A stretch of 64,000 bases of DNA from an uncultured Planctomycetota bacterium (GTDB taxonomy: Bacteria > Planctomycetota > Planctomycetia > Isosphaerales > Isosphaeraceae), in the NCBI GenBank assembly GCA_963845755.1, contig CAWJTV010000042.1, forward strand, positions 64,001 to 128,000, read 5' to 3'. This document shows, piece after piece, positions 1-10,061 of this stretch (the first letter of the stretch is position 1; the number at the start of each line of letters is the position of its first letter). The notes under the pieces were generated by a model, which saw nothing but the letters and a program-made list of their open reading frames with translations, was not told the origin of the DNA and did no database searches. Made by a program: the position numbers and the translations under genes.

Positions 1-1499
1 TGCCGGAACGGCGATCCCTGGATTGATCGCGCTATTCCGCAGGCCGGAACGAGAGATCCGTGAATGGGCGATGGAAGCCCTCGCCAAAATCGGTCCCACG
101 GCGGTGCCGGCACTCCTCAAGCTCTTGAAAGAAGGAGATCGAGAAGGGCGCGTCGGAGCCATCGAATCACTCCGAAAGATGGAAGTCGACCACGACAGCC
201 TGGAAGCCATCGTTGGCGATGTCGCCGTTCCACTCGCCGAAGCGTTGAAGGATGAAGATCGCTGGGTCCGCCATTGCGCGGGCTACACCCTATATTGCCT
301 CCACGAGAAAGCCGCGCCGGCACTGCCTACGCTGATTGCACTCCTGGATCACGAGAGGAACGCGACTCGCGTCGAGGCGATCGGTGTCCTCGGCATACTT
401 GACCCGCGAGCGGTCCCGGCCCTCGTCCGGGCGTTGGGAGATGCCGATCCTCTGATCCGTGCCGCGGCGGCGAGCTCGCTCGGAGGCTCTCTCAGCCCCG
501 GCGCGGGCGCCATCGAACCGCTTCTTCACGCCTTGAAAGACAAGGACGCCCGCGTAAGGGCATCGGCAGCGGAATCGCTGAGCGGGGCCATGGTTGCATC
601 GTCGGGTCGCGCCGTCGATCCGGAGTTCATCGAGGAGTTATTCCCCGATTTCGACCTCTCGCCTGCTGCACTGAGCGCGGCGAGGGTGGCGACCGAGATC
701 GCTTTCTCGGCTGTGGTCGGTCGGCCCGCCACGAAGATGTTTCGCCTGCTGACTGGCGAGAGTGTTGACTCAGCCTGGGAAGCCCCGTTGCGAGAGGGCT
801 TGATTTCCGCGCTCAGCGATCCCGAAGCGTTGGTGCGGCGAAATGCCGTCAGGAGCCTGGGAAGCCTCGTCGCTGGTGCTGAGGCGGTTATCGATCCCTT
901 GCTCAAACGGCTGGGTGACTCTGATCTTGATGTTCGTACCGCTGCCGCCGAGGCGATCTCCAAGATGGGGCCCTCCGCTGTTCCTCGCCTCGCCCGATTG
1001 CTGACCGACGGCGACGCCAATGTCCGTGCCGCGGCTGCGGTGTCTCTCGGACAGATGCAGCCAGGTGCCATCCGGCCGGCGACTCGATGCCCTGGTCAAG
1101 TGTCTGGAAGATCCGGATGTGGACGTACGCACGCAAACCATCCAAGCTCTGGCGGTTCTTCCCCAGGGCGATGCGGAAACCTTCGATTCGCTGGCGCGCC
1201 GCATGATCGATCCCCTTCTGAGAGGATTGAAACAGTCAGACGTGAAAGTGCGGCGTGTCGTTTCGCGGGCCCTCGAGTGGATCGGTCCCCGGGCTAGCCG
1301 GGACGACGCGACGATCTCGGCTCTGATCCACGCCCTGGAAGACCCCGACCCCGAGGTACGAAAGAACGCTGCCGTGGCACTCCGGGCCTTCGAAGCCCGA
1401 GCCCTGAGAGCGGTTCCCGCCCTTCGCAAGGCGTGCAAAGACCCGGACGCCGATGTTCAGGACAAGGCCCGAAATGCGATCGACATCATCGTGCAGTGA
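1..1499 (+). CDS. HEAT/PBS-lyase repeat protein, 5'-partial, with one frameshift near 1075
   Basis: Repeated L.D.D..VR..AA..LG motifs in ORF 23..1297 continue in ORF 1020..1499; frame is open back to the window edge. Confidence 0.85.
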
Positions 1500-1546
1500 G
1501 GGCGCCGGACAAGTGGTTTCATGGGCCAAGTCGCTGCCTGCGGCGA

Positions 1547-2596
1547 TCAAAGGATCAACATGGCGTCGCCGTAGCTGAAGAATCGGTAGCGGTTCTTGAC
1601 CGCGTCGGCGTACGCGGCCCGGATGAACTCGACTCCGGCCAGGGCGCTGACCAGCACGAGCAGACTGCTTCGTGGCAGGTGGAAGTTGGTGATCAGGGCG
1701 TCGAGGCCGTGGAAGGCATGTCCGGGTCGGATGAACAACTGCGTCTCGCCGTGGAACGGCTGCAAGATCCCCGATGAGGCGGCGGTTTCCAGCGTGCGAG
1801 CCGAGGTAGTGCCGACCGCCACGATCCGCCCCCCTTGTCGCCGGCGCGATTCGAGCTGCGCGACCGCCTCAGCCGGCAATTCGGCCCATTCGGAGTGCAT
1901 GACGTGGTCTTCCAGTCGATCGGCCTCGATCGGTCGGAATGTCCCCAGCCCCACGTGGAGCGTCAGGTCGACGCAGGCGACTCCCCGCTGGGCCAGTCGG
2001 TCGAGAACCTTGCTCGTGAAGTGAAGCCCGGCTGTCGGTGCGGCGGCTGAGCCGGCCCGGCGCGCATAGATGGTCTGATAAGCGAGCCGGTCTCCGGGCC
2101 CCTCGATGCCGCGACGGATATAAGGCGGTAATGGCGTCTGGCCGTGCTCTTCGAGCAACGCCAGGGTCGTCGGAGGACCTTGGCTGGAATCCTCAACCGG
2201 TCGCGGTCGGACAATCCAGCAGCCAGACTCCTCACGGGCCTCCAGCACCAGGCGAAGCCCCTGGCCGACGATCACATGCTCGCCGGGAACGGGCCGGCCT
2301 CGCGTCTTCGCCAGGATCTCCCAGGTGCCACCCGAGAGCTCCCGCAGGAACAGGCCCTCCCAGCGTCCGCCCGTCGCCTCGCGACGGCCGACCAGCCGCG
2401 CCGGCAGCACCCGCGTATCGTTCCGCACCAGGACATCGCGCGGGTCGAGCAACTCGGGGAGATCGGCGAAAACCCGGTGCTCCCAGGTCCCTCGCCGACT
2501 GTCGATCACCATCAACCGCGACTGGTCGCGCGGCTCGGCCGGATCCTGCGCTATCAGCTCCGTGGGCAGAACGAAGTCGAAGTCCGAGGCAAGCAC
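1547..2596 (-). CDS. queA: S-adenosylmethionine:tRNA ribosyltransferase-isomerase
   Basis: DFDFVLPTELIAQDP, PLPPYI, GSAAAPTAGLHF, TLHVGLGTFRP, VGTTSARTLE, TNFHLPRSSL, YRFFSYGDAMLI; GTG start assumed at 2596. Confidence 0.97.
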   Translation of the reverse strand: MLASDFDFVLPTELIAQDPAEPRDQSRLMVIDSRRGTWEHRVFADLPELLDPRDVLVRNDTRVLPARLVGRREATGGRWEGLFLRELSGGTWEILAKTRGRPVPGEHVIVGQGLRLVLEAREESGCWIVRPRPVEDSSQGPPTTLALLEEHGQTPLPPYIRRGIEGPGDRLAYQTIYARRAGSAAAPTAGLHFTSKVLDRLAQRGVACVDLTLHVGLGTFRPIEADRLEDHVMHSEWAELPAEAVAQLESRRRQGGRIVAVGTTSARTLETAASSGILQPFHGETQLFIRPGHAFHGLDALITNFHLPRSSLLVLVSALAGVEFIRAAYADAVKNRYRFFSYGDAMLIL

Positions 2597-2633
2597 GCCG
2601 GCCTCCCCGCGATTGGATCGACCACCGTCGAAC

Positions 2634-4266
2634 TCAAGCCCCCAGCCACTGCGGCACTGCACCCAGGGCCGGGAGCTTGATGACGCTGACGCTCAGGACG
2701 TCGGGATGTCCCTGCACGGCTTCCAGGGCCTTGGGCGAGGGTGCGGTGTCGAGATTGACGACGCCGATGGCCTCGCCCCCCTGCTCTTCGCGGCCGACGT
2801 TCATTTGGGCGATGTTGACGCCCTCGTCGCCGAGGGTTCGGCCGATGAAGCCAATCAGGCCGGGGCGGTCACGGTGGGTGAAAACCAGCAGGGTCCCGTC
2901 GATATGGGCGTCGAGCAAGTAGGAGCCAAGCCGGACCAGGCGGAGGAACTGCTTGCCGAAGAGGGTGCCGGACGCGAGATACGTCTTGCGCTCGGTGCAG
3001 ACCTCGGTCTGGATCAGCGTCGCGAAATCACCGGGTGCCTCGGCCGACTGCTCCTCGATGATGATGCCGCGTTCGCGGGCCAGGGCCATCGCGTTGACCA
3101 GGTTGACCTGCTCTTCCAGGGCGGACTCCATCAACCCGGCGGCGAAGGCTGCGGTGACTAGCTTGGTGTTCTTGTGCGCGACCTCGCCGCGACAGATGAC
3201 CCGGGCGTTCTTGAGCGTGCCCCGATCCATCTGGGCGTGGAGCATGCCCAGCCTCCACGCCAGGTTGAGGTAGAGCCGCAGATCATCGAGCTCGGCGCGG
3301 TCGAGGGTGGGCATATTAACGGCGAACCGCACCTGACCGCGCCGAGGAACTCGCTCAGGAGCCGCGCGGCCTCGACGGCTACGGAGACCTGAGCCTCCTC
3401 GGTCGAAGCGCCGAGGTGGGGTGTGACCAGGACCAGGGGGTGGCCGATCAGCGGATGGCCGGCCGGCGGCGGCTCCGGATCGAAGACGTCGATGGCCGCA
3501 CCAGCGACCTTGCCCGCGTTGAGCGCTTCGGCCAGGGCGGCCTCATCAATCAGGCCGCCTCGCGCACAGTTGATGATCCGCACCGAGGGCTTCATCCGGG
3601 CGATCTCCGCCGCGCCGATCAGGTTTCGCGTCTCGGCCGTCATCGGCGTATGGAGCGTGATGAAGTCGCATCGGCCCCAGATGTCGTCGAGCCGCGGGAC
3701 GCTTTCGATGCCCAGCTCCTGCACCGCTCGGCGGCGAGGAACGGATCGAAGCCCACGACCGTCATCCCGAACCCCTGAGCCCGCCGGGCCACCGCCAGCC
3801 CTACCCGGCCCAGACCGATCACGCCCAGCGACTTCCCTTCGAGTTGTGTGCCCGTGAATCGATTCCGATCCCATTTGCCGGATTTCAGGCTGTCGTTCGC
3901 CTTCGCCACGTTCCTGGCCAGGGCGAGCAATAGCGCCATGGTGTGCTCCGCCGTGGAGATCGTGTTCCCACCCGGCGTATTCATCACCACGATCCCCCGC
4001 CGGGTCGCCGCCGCCACGTCGATGTTGTCCACGCCCACTCCGGCGCGCACGATGGCCTTGAGCCGCGACTGTCCTTCCAGCACCTCGGCCGTCAATTGCG
4101 TTCCCGACCGGATCACGATCCCGTCGGCTTCCGCCAGCGCTCGCTTCGAGCGCGGCTGTGTCCTGCGCAACTTCGTGTCAACCACAACCTCGATACCCGG
4201 CTCGCTCCGCAGCCGCTCGAGCCCTTCGTCCGCCAGCTTGTCGGTCACCAAAACGCGATGCGCCAC
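2634..4266 (-). CDS. serA: D-3-phosphoglycerate dehydrogenase (with ASB and ACT domains), split over three frames
   Basis: RAGVGVDNID, NTPGGNTISTAEHT, GLGRVG (3640..4329); INCARGGLIDE, TPHLGASTEEAQ (3158..3874); DRPGLIG ACT domain (2634..3332); GGAGGAG RBS before GTG 4266. Confidence 0.93.
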
Positions 4267-4325
4267 GATCTCGGACTCCTCCAACCAAAGTACAGATTTC
4301 CGATGACTTTGCCTCTGATCCGGGC

Positions 4326-5483
4326 TCATTCCTGGCCGACGGGGCTCCCCTGACCGATGAGCACCTGCTGCGCGGCAGTGACGGCGCGGCCGGGTTCGAC
4401 CTCGAGGCCGAGGTCGGCGAGGGTCATCTCCAGGGCGGCGAGGGTGGCGATGACGTCGAGCTCATCCGTGTAGCCCATGTGGCCGATCCGGACGATCTTG
4501 CCCTTGAGTTTATCCTGACCGCCGACGGCGGTGATGCCAAAACGCTCGACGAGGGCGTTGCGGATCTGGGTATCCTTGAGCCCATCGGGGACGATGAAAG
4601 CGGTGAGGCCCTCGGCGGGCCGGGTGCTGAAGAGCTCCAGGCCCAGCGCCTGGACTCCGGCCTGGCAGGCTTCGCTCATTCGCCGATGGCGTCTCCAGAC
4701 GTCTTCGATCCCCTCCTCCCGGATCCGCCGCAGGGCCGTGCGCAAGGCCAGGATCAGGGTGTGGGCCGGTGTATACGGCGTGTCGAACTCCTTCATCTTC
4801 TTGCGGGCCGCCTTCAAGTTGAAATAGTAGCTGGGCGAGTCGAAGGCGTCGATCTTCGTCCAAGCCTTGGAGCTGACCGCGACGAACGCCAGGCCCGGCG
4901 GGATCATCAGGGCTTTCTGCGAGCCGACGCAGAGCAGGTCGATGCCCCACTCGTCGGTCCGGCACTCCATGGCGCCGACGCCCGAGATGCCATCAACGGC
5001 GAACAGCGCCGGCGTCTCGGCGACGATCCGCCCGATCGCATCGACGGGGTGCCCGGTGCCGGTGGAGGTTTCGCTCAGGGTGCCCATAACGCACGCCGTG
5101 TCCGGGTGTTGCCGCAGCGCCTCGGCTACCCGATCGGGATCGACCGGCTGACCCCACTCGAAATCGAGCGAGACCACATCGACCCCGTATGCCTTGCAGA
5201 TGTTGCTCCACCGCGCCGAGAAGACGCCGGCGTTCAGGACGATCGCCTTGCCGCCCGATGGTACCGCGTTGACCACGGCGGCTTCCATTGCGCCGGTGCC
5301 CGAAGCCGTGAGGATCAGCACGTCGTTTTTCGTCTGGAAGACCTCCTTCAACCCGGCTGCCACCTCCGTGATCACTTGCTTCGCCTCGTTTGAGCGGTGG
5401 TGGATCACCGGCCGGGCCAGCTCCAGGAGTACATCCTCGGGGACCATCGCGGGACCAGGGGTCATCAATCGCGGCTTGCGCAT
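4326..5483 (-). CDS. Class V PLP aminotransferase (serine-pyruvate/alanine-glyoxylate family; probable phosphoserine aminotransferase role next to serA)
   Basis: LMTPGP, SGTGAMEAA, ETSTG, VDGISG, GSQKALMIPPGL, RIGHMG; directly upstream of serA. Confidence 0.92.
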   Translation of the reverse strand: MRKPRLMTPGPAMVPEDVLLELARPVIHHRSNEAKQVITEVAAGLKEVFQTKNDVLILTASGTGAMEAAVVNAVPSGGKAIVLNAGVFSARWSNICKAYGVDVVSLDFEWGQPVDPDRVAEALRQHPDTACVMGTLSETSTGTGHPVDAIGRIVAETPALFAVDGISGVGAMECRTDEWGIDLLCVGSQKALMIPPGLAFVAVSSKAWTKIDAFDSPSYYFNLKAARKKMKEFDTPYTPAHTLILALRTALRRIREEGIEDVWRRHRRMSEACQAGVQALGLELFSTRPAEGLTAFIVPDGLKDTQIRNALVERFGITAVGGQDKLKGKIVRIGHMGYTDELDVIATLAALEMTLADLGLEVEPGRAVTAAQQVLIGQGSPVGQE

Positions 5484-5589
5484 TCTCGGCTTCCTTCAAA
5501 AGGTCTCTTGATGCCAATCTCAATCGGAGTCGTCATCCGACTCTCACAGATTAGGGCGAGTGCTCCGACCATTGCGATGTTTTGGAGGA

Positions 5590-5650
5590 ACAGAGTCATC
5601 GTGACAATGGGTGCCGGCCGATCGAAGTGCGTTGCGTCATAGCTCGACAT
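5590..5650 (-). pseudogene. Possible N-terminal remnant of a retropepsin-like partner gene (MSSYDATHFDRPAPIVTMTL), truncated
   Basis: ATG overlaps the end of 5637..5855; peptide resembles the start of small clan-AA protease genes recalled after such antitoxin-like genes; no DTG motif follows. Confidence 0.3.
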
Positions 5651-5855
5651 CAGGCGGTAGCTCGTAAACCTCCTTGACGAAGAATCCAGCGGCTTGTTCG
5701 CGGTGAGCCAGTCGCGGGCTATAAATGTGCGATATCCGTGCACTTTGGATGGCGGGGATCACCTCGTAAGCCTTAATGTGCTCCGGCAGCGTCACCTCGT
5801 CAGGGAGCCGAGTCTGACCATTTTCCACGATGCCTTCGAGGATTAGGTCAGCCAT
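5637..5855 (-). CDS. Small antitoxin-like protein (AF2212/DUF104-like)
   Basis: LEGIVENGQTRLPDEVTLPE motif, GGAGG RBS, 72 aa. Confidence 0.65.
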   Translation of the reverse strand: MADLILEGIVENGQTRLPDEVTLPEHIKAYEVIPAIQSARISHIYSPRLAHREQAAGFFVKEVYELPPDVEL

Positions 5856-6157
5856 CTTGCACCTCCGAAATCACTCTAGCTCAAGGTTCTAGTTTAGTCT
5901 CCGGAGCGAGATCTCGCGAGGCCGGTTCGCTTGCCCGACGGTTCGTTGGCCAGTCAACACCACGCATGCCGTCATTTCCCGCCCGAACGAGATCCTGCGC
6001 GGATTCCTGATCGCGAATCGATTACCCCTCATGCGGGAGATGGTGGGCGTCGCTTTCGGCGCCCTGAGGGTTTACGGGCGACACTTTCGAGAAGCAACAG
6101 AGGCGGCGGGTCAACCCGGGCGTGCAAGACCTAGGACGGGTTGGTCAGATAGAATGT

Positions 6158-8065
6158 TCAGAGATCCGGCACCCACGAAAACACCAGGTCCAGCTTCCCG
6201 GTCGAGACCGGCGCCGTCACGCGATGTTGGGCCGTATCGCCAGGCCGGTGTTGAGAGAGGAAGTCCGGGATGGCCCGCAAGCATGCCTCCAGGAGCACGA
6301 TCTCCCAGGACAACGGCGGTCGCAGCACCATCCCACGCTCCTTGCGGCCGGCCACGGGATAGGCCTCCGGGTTAGCGACTTCCCAACCATGCCGCCGGGC
6401 CTCGTCGAGATGCTTGGGATGGATGTCCACCTCCATGTCGTAGGTCACCACCAAGGCGACCGACCGGCGCGCTGTCTCTTCGTCGGCGGACCGGTTCGCC
6501 CAGAGAGTTCGGAGCAGGCCGAGGTCCTCGTAGAGCGCCAACCCCAACGTCAGGCCCGACTGCCCCATGACGACCGCATACCACGGCCCGCTCTGGAATC
6601 GCCCGCACTCGACCTTGATCGCCCGCTCGTAACCCAAAGACCGCCAAGGGGCGCGCCGGTAGAAGGCGGCGGCCGCGTCGAAGAACCCGGCGACGATCTT
6701 GGGTGTGACTCTGGGGATGTCGAGCAATCCGGGCGGCTCGCTTCCGAGATAACGACGCAGGTCTTCGAAGAGATTATCGAAGAATTCCAGCGTCTCGCAC
6801 GCTCGAAATTCGATATCGAGCGGCTCCAGATGCGGCTCCAGTTCGTCCCAGCGCACGTCGGGCTGGACCTCGATTCGAGTCGGTCTCCGCGGCTGGTTAT
6901 CGCCAGGACGCTGCATAGCCCCGGCCAACAGATCCCAGAGCACGTCGGAAGTTGGCTTCTCGGACCAGACCTGAGTGGCCAGGAGCCGGTCGCACTCTCG
7001 GCTGGCCACGATGCCCACCCAGGGGACCACCCGTTCGCATTCCACCTTCATCCAGGTGAGGAGCTGCCGGAAGCCGGCCTGCCAGATGTCGTAGGCCTGG
7101 GGCAACTGCTCCAACACATTGCGGTCTGCGGCCGAAGGTGCCATCCCTTGCTCCTTACCAGTCGTCCGATCCTTCGATGTCCGGAAGACCTCCCGGACCC
7201 AGGTGATCGCGCCAGGCGTGGATCGCCAGGCGGTCAATCCACCCTGGACGTAGCAGAGCGCCTCGTTCCGATCCCCCAGCCCATAGTGGTCCGGCCTTTC
7301 GTGCGGGATCGGCTCCTCATACAGCAAGAATCCCGGTACGAACGCGTTCCGCTTGTGGGCCATCATGAGGAGTTGGCGGGCCTCGGGCGTGTCACCCTGT
7401 TTGCGGAACGCGAGAAGCGCCTTGCTGTAAACCCAGGTCGCCATGGCGTCGTCGTACTGATCGAGCAACCGGGCGGCTTCCTCGTCCCGGTTCAGAGTCA
7501 GGAGGAACGACGCGAGCGTATAGCGGACTCCCTGATTATCATTGGGATTGAGCCGGAGCATCTCCTGGAGATGTTCGACCGCTTCCTCGGCTCGCCCCAT
7601 CGACCAGAGCTCGCAGCCCAGCCCCTCGCGAGCGCGCATGTAAGGGCGAGTCGCCAGGATTCCCCAGAAGTGTCCGGCATGCTCCTGGAAGAACTCCGGT
7701 CCGAGGGCACGCTGGCCGGCAACGACGCCCTTCTCGAAGGATTCGAGCGCGTCCTTGCGGCTCTGGGCGTGCTCGGCGAGCAGGACGTAGGCGTCGGCGC
7801 AATCGGGTGAGATCTCGAGCGCCCGATTCGCCAGCTTCACTCGCACCGCTGGGTCGCGTTCGCCGAATGCCTCGTACATGACGTCCTGGGCTCGATCAAG
7901 CGGAGTCTCGAGGCCGTCGTCACCCGCGAGTTGGCGTGAGAGGTCCCTCAAGCCGCGCTCGAGCACCCGGCGATCGGGAATCGGCATCGGCAAGTCCGAC
8001 ATCGGCCGGGACGGGCTGGCAGGCTTCCGGGGTTTCTTGCGCGGATGGGGTCGTTTCTTCGGCAT
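6158..8065 (-). CDS. TPR (ST7-like) protein with two C-terminal domains of unknown function
   Basis: ALEISPDCADAYVLLAE, FWGILATRPYMRAR, LRLNPNDNQGVRY; two related C-terminal segments; start taken at MPKKRP. Confidence 0.75.
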   Translation of the reverse strand: MPKKRPHPRKKPRKPASPSRPMSDLPMPIPDRRVLERGLRDLSRQLAGDDGLETPLDRAQDVMYEAFGERDPAVRVKLANRALEISPDCADAYVLLAEHAQSRKDALESFEKGVVAGQRALGPEFFQEHAGHFWGILATRPYMRAREGLGCELWSMGRAEEAVEHLQEMLRLNPNDNQGVRYTLASFLLTLNRDEEAARLLDQYDDAMATWVYSKALLAFRKQGDTPEARQLLMMAHKRNAFVPGFLLYEEPIPHERPDHYGLGDRNEALCYVQGGLTAWRSTPGAITWVREVFRTSKDRTTGKEQGMAPSAADRNVLEQLPQAYDIWQAGFRQLLTWMKVECERVVPWVGIVASRECDRLLATQVWSEKPTSDVLWDLLAGAMQRPGDNQPRRPTRIEVQPDVRWDELEPHLEPLDIEFRACETLEFFDNLFEDLRRYLGSEPPGLLDIPRVTPKIVAGFFDAAAAFYRRAPWRSLGYERAIKVECGRFQSGPWYAVVMGQSGLTLGLALYEDLGLLRTLWANRSADEETARRSVALVVTYDMEVDIHPKHLDEARRHGWEVANPEAYPVAGRKERGMVLRPPLSWEIVLLEACLRAIPDFLSQHRPGDTAQHRVTAPVSTGKLDLVFSWVPDL

Positions 8066-8636
8066 GGGAGTGGCCCGTGTGGGGACAGGGGTCTGCAGGT
8101 TACATTGTCGCATTCCTCGCATCCCCCGGCAAACCCGCGTGGCATCGAGCCGCGAAAAACCCCCGCAGGTGCTTCGCTCGATCCGAGCGACGCGCGCAGG
8201 GATGCCGGCCATGATCATGCCGTGGGAGGCAACGAGCCAGGAGGCATTCGCCCAGATGTCCGGCATGGCAGCAACATGATGCGCCGCCTCGAGCGACGAC
8301 GTCGTGACCGATGCACAACGAGTGCGGTAGCGGAATCCGGTCGGCCTCCTCGGGTCGCCGGGTCGAGCCCGAAGGGCGAAGTCCCCGGCGACGGTGCTGC
8401 GGCGATGGGTTGTTTTCCGGCCCCGAATCGATCACGATGATCGCCACGCTGACAGTTGTCGTTGGCGCGAGAGCGTAATGATGAAAAGCGCGGGTTGGCT
8501 CTCCCTTGAGATCCTCATCGCGTACGGCTGCGTTGTGGTCGCGCCGCTTCTGCGACACCGGCTGACTTCTCATCAACCCACCCTATTCCCGGCCCGCCCC
8601 GGGCATGAGACAGCTCTGTGCCTGCCACGGCAACCC

Positions 8637-8679
8637 TTGACGTGGGCCAGCCGTTTTGTATTATTGTCTTAATACAAAA
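8637..8679 (+). promoter_or_regulatory. Sigma70-type promoter overlapped by YtrA-type GntR operator
   Basis: TTGACG 8637-8642, TATTAT 8659-8664; perfect palindrome TTTTGTATTA-N6-TAATACAAAA at 8654-8679. Confidence 0.85.
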
Positions 8680-8718
8680 GACGAAGGCGCAAGACGTGTC
8701 TTTCCAGCGGGCGGGGGC

Positions 8719-9123
8719 ATGCAGATCCACATCTCGCTTCAAGACGGGGTGCCGATTTACCTCCAGATCGTCAACCAGGTGAAATACCTGGTGGCGTCGG
8801 GTCGGCTGGCGCCCGGCGAGGAACTGCCGCCCATCCGGGTCTTGGCGGAGCAGCTCGTGATCAACCCGAACACCGTGGCTCGGGCGTATCGGGAGCTGGA
8901 GGGAGCCGGCGTGGTCTGCAAGCGGAGGACAGCCGGCACGTACGTGTCGGATGCCGGCTCACCGCTGGCGCGCCGGGAGCGGCTGAAGGTCCTGACCCAG
9001 CGGATCGACGCCTTGCTGGCCGAGGCCAGGCAGATGGGAGTGGACACCGACAAGGTCGTTGCCTTGATCCGTCAGCGGGATGAGCTGATGCAAGCCAAGG
9101 CTGAAGAGGAGACGACTCCATGA
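8719..9123 (+). CDS. GntR-family regulator, YtrA subfamily
   Basis: PIYLQIVNQVK, LPPIRVLAEQLVINPNTVARAYRELE; short C-terminus; precedes ABC ATPase. Confidence 0.93.
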   Translation: MQIHISLQDGVPIYLQIVNQVKYLVASGRLAPGEELPPIRVLAEQLVINPNTVARAYRELEGAGVVCKRRTAGTYVSDAGSPLARRERLKVLTQRIDALLAEARQMGVDTDKVVALIRQRDELMQAKAEEETTP

Positions 9124-10058
9124 CCGGCAATGGCGTTGGTGAAATGGCTCGGGAGCCCGATTCGATGATTGTCATCGAGGGGGTGACGAGGCGGTTCGGC
9201 GCGAAGGTGGCGCTGGACGACGTGTGCCTGACGGTGCCCAGGGGGGTCGTCCTGGGCCTCGTGGGTGAGAACGGGGCGGGCAAGACGACCCTGATCCGCC
9301 ACGTCTTGGGGTTGCTCAAGGCGGTGAGGGGCTCGGTGCGAGTCTTCGGGCTCGACCCGGTCGCGCACCCGGTCGAAGTCCTGGGGAGAATTGGCTACCT
9401 GTCGGAGGACCGGGATCTGCCCGGCTGGATGCGGGTCGGCGAGCTGTTGCGCTACACCCGGGCCTTCTACCCGAGCTGGGACGACGCTTTCGCCGAGGAA
9501 TTGCGGCGGTCGTTCCAGCTCGACCCCGCCGCGCGGCTCAAGGATCTTTCGCAAGGGCAGCGGGCGCGGGCGGGGCTGCTGGTGGCCCTCGCGTATCGGC
9601 CCGACCTGCTGGTGCTCGACGAGCCGTCGACCGGGCTGGACCCGGTAGTGAGGCGCGACATCCTGGGTGCGATCATCCGGACGATCGCCGACGAGGGGAG
9701 GACGGTCCTGTTCTCGTCGCACCTGCTCGAGGAGGTGGAACGCGTCTCGGACCGGGTGGCGATGCTGGACCAGGGGAAGGTGGTCCTGTCGGGCCCTCTC
9801 GACGAGATCAAAGAGGAGCACCGCCGGCTCACGCTCCGTTTCGACGAGCCGCAGGCCCGCCCGCCGGTGTTCGGCGGGTCACCGGCCCTGGTGGGCGCGG
9901 GGCGAGACTGGACGGCGGTCTGCCGGGGCCCGCTCGACCAGATCGAGGGGGAAGCCGGCGCGCTCGGGGCCCGGATCGTGGCGGAAGGCGTGCCGACGCT
10001 CGACGAGATCTTCGTGGCTCGCGTGGGCGCCCGTCGCCTCGAGCCGGTGGAGGCCTGA
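9120..10058 (+). CDS. ABC transporter ATP-binding protein (YtrB-like)
   Basis: GENGAGKTT, LSQGQ, LLVLDEP, SSH; ATGA overlap with gntR. Confidence 0.95.
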   Translation: MTGNGVGEMAREPDSMIVIEGVTRRFGAKVALDDVCLTVPRGVVLGLVGENGAGKTTLIRHVLGLLKAVRGSVRVFGLDPVAHPVEVLGRIGYLSEDRDLPGWMRVGELLRYTRAFYPSWDDAFAEELRRSFQLDPAARLKDLSQGQRARAGLLVALAYRPDLLVLDEPSTGLDPVVRRDILGAIIRTIADEGRTVLFSSHLLEEVERVSDRVAMLDQGKVVLSGPLDEIKEEHRRLTLRFDEPQARPPVFGGSPALVGAGRDWTAVCRGPLDQIEGEAGALGARIVAEGVPTLDEIFVARVGARRLEPVEA

Positions 10059-10061
10059 CTC

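Noticed and set aside
2634..4266. serA and other split genes as true pseudogenes or programmed frameshifts
   Set aside because: Indels are scattered over many unrelated genes without nonsense decay or slippery motifs; assembly error is more likely
6122..7810. Long antisense or alternate-frame ORFs (e.g. 6122..7810, 10452..11702, 45388..46932, 56909..58225, 61659..63155)
   Set aside because: Shadow ORFs typical of high-GC DNA opposite well-supported genes; no recognisable motifs
8066..8630. Gene or ncRNA in the gap between the TPR gene and gntR, likewise 11685-12213
   Set aside because: Short ORFs lack motifs or convincing RBS; GC hairpins are not distinguishable from background
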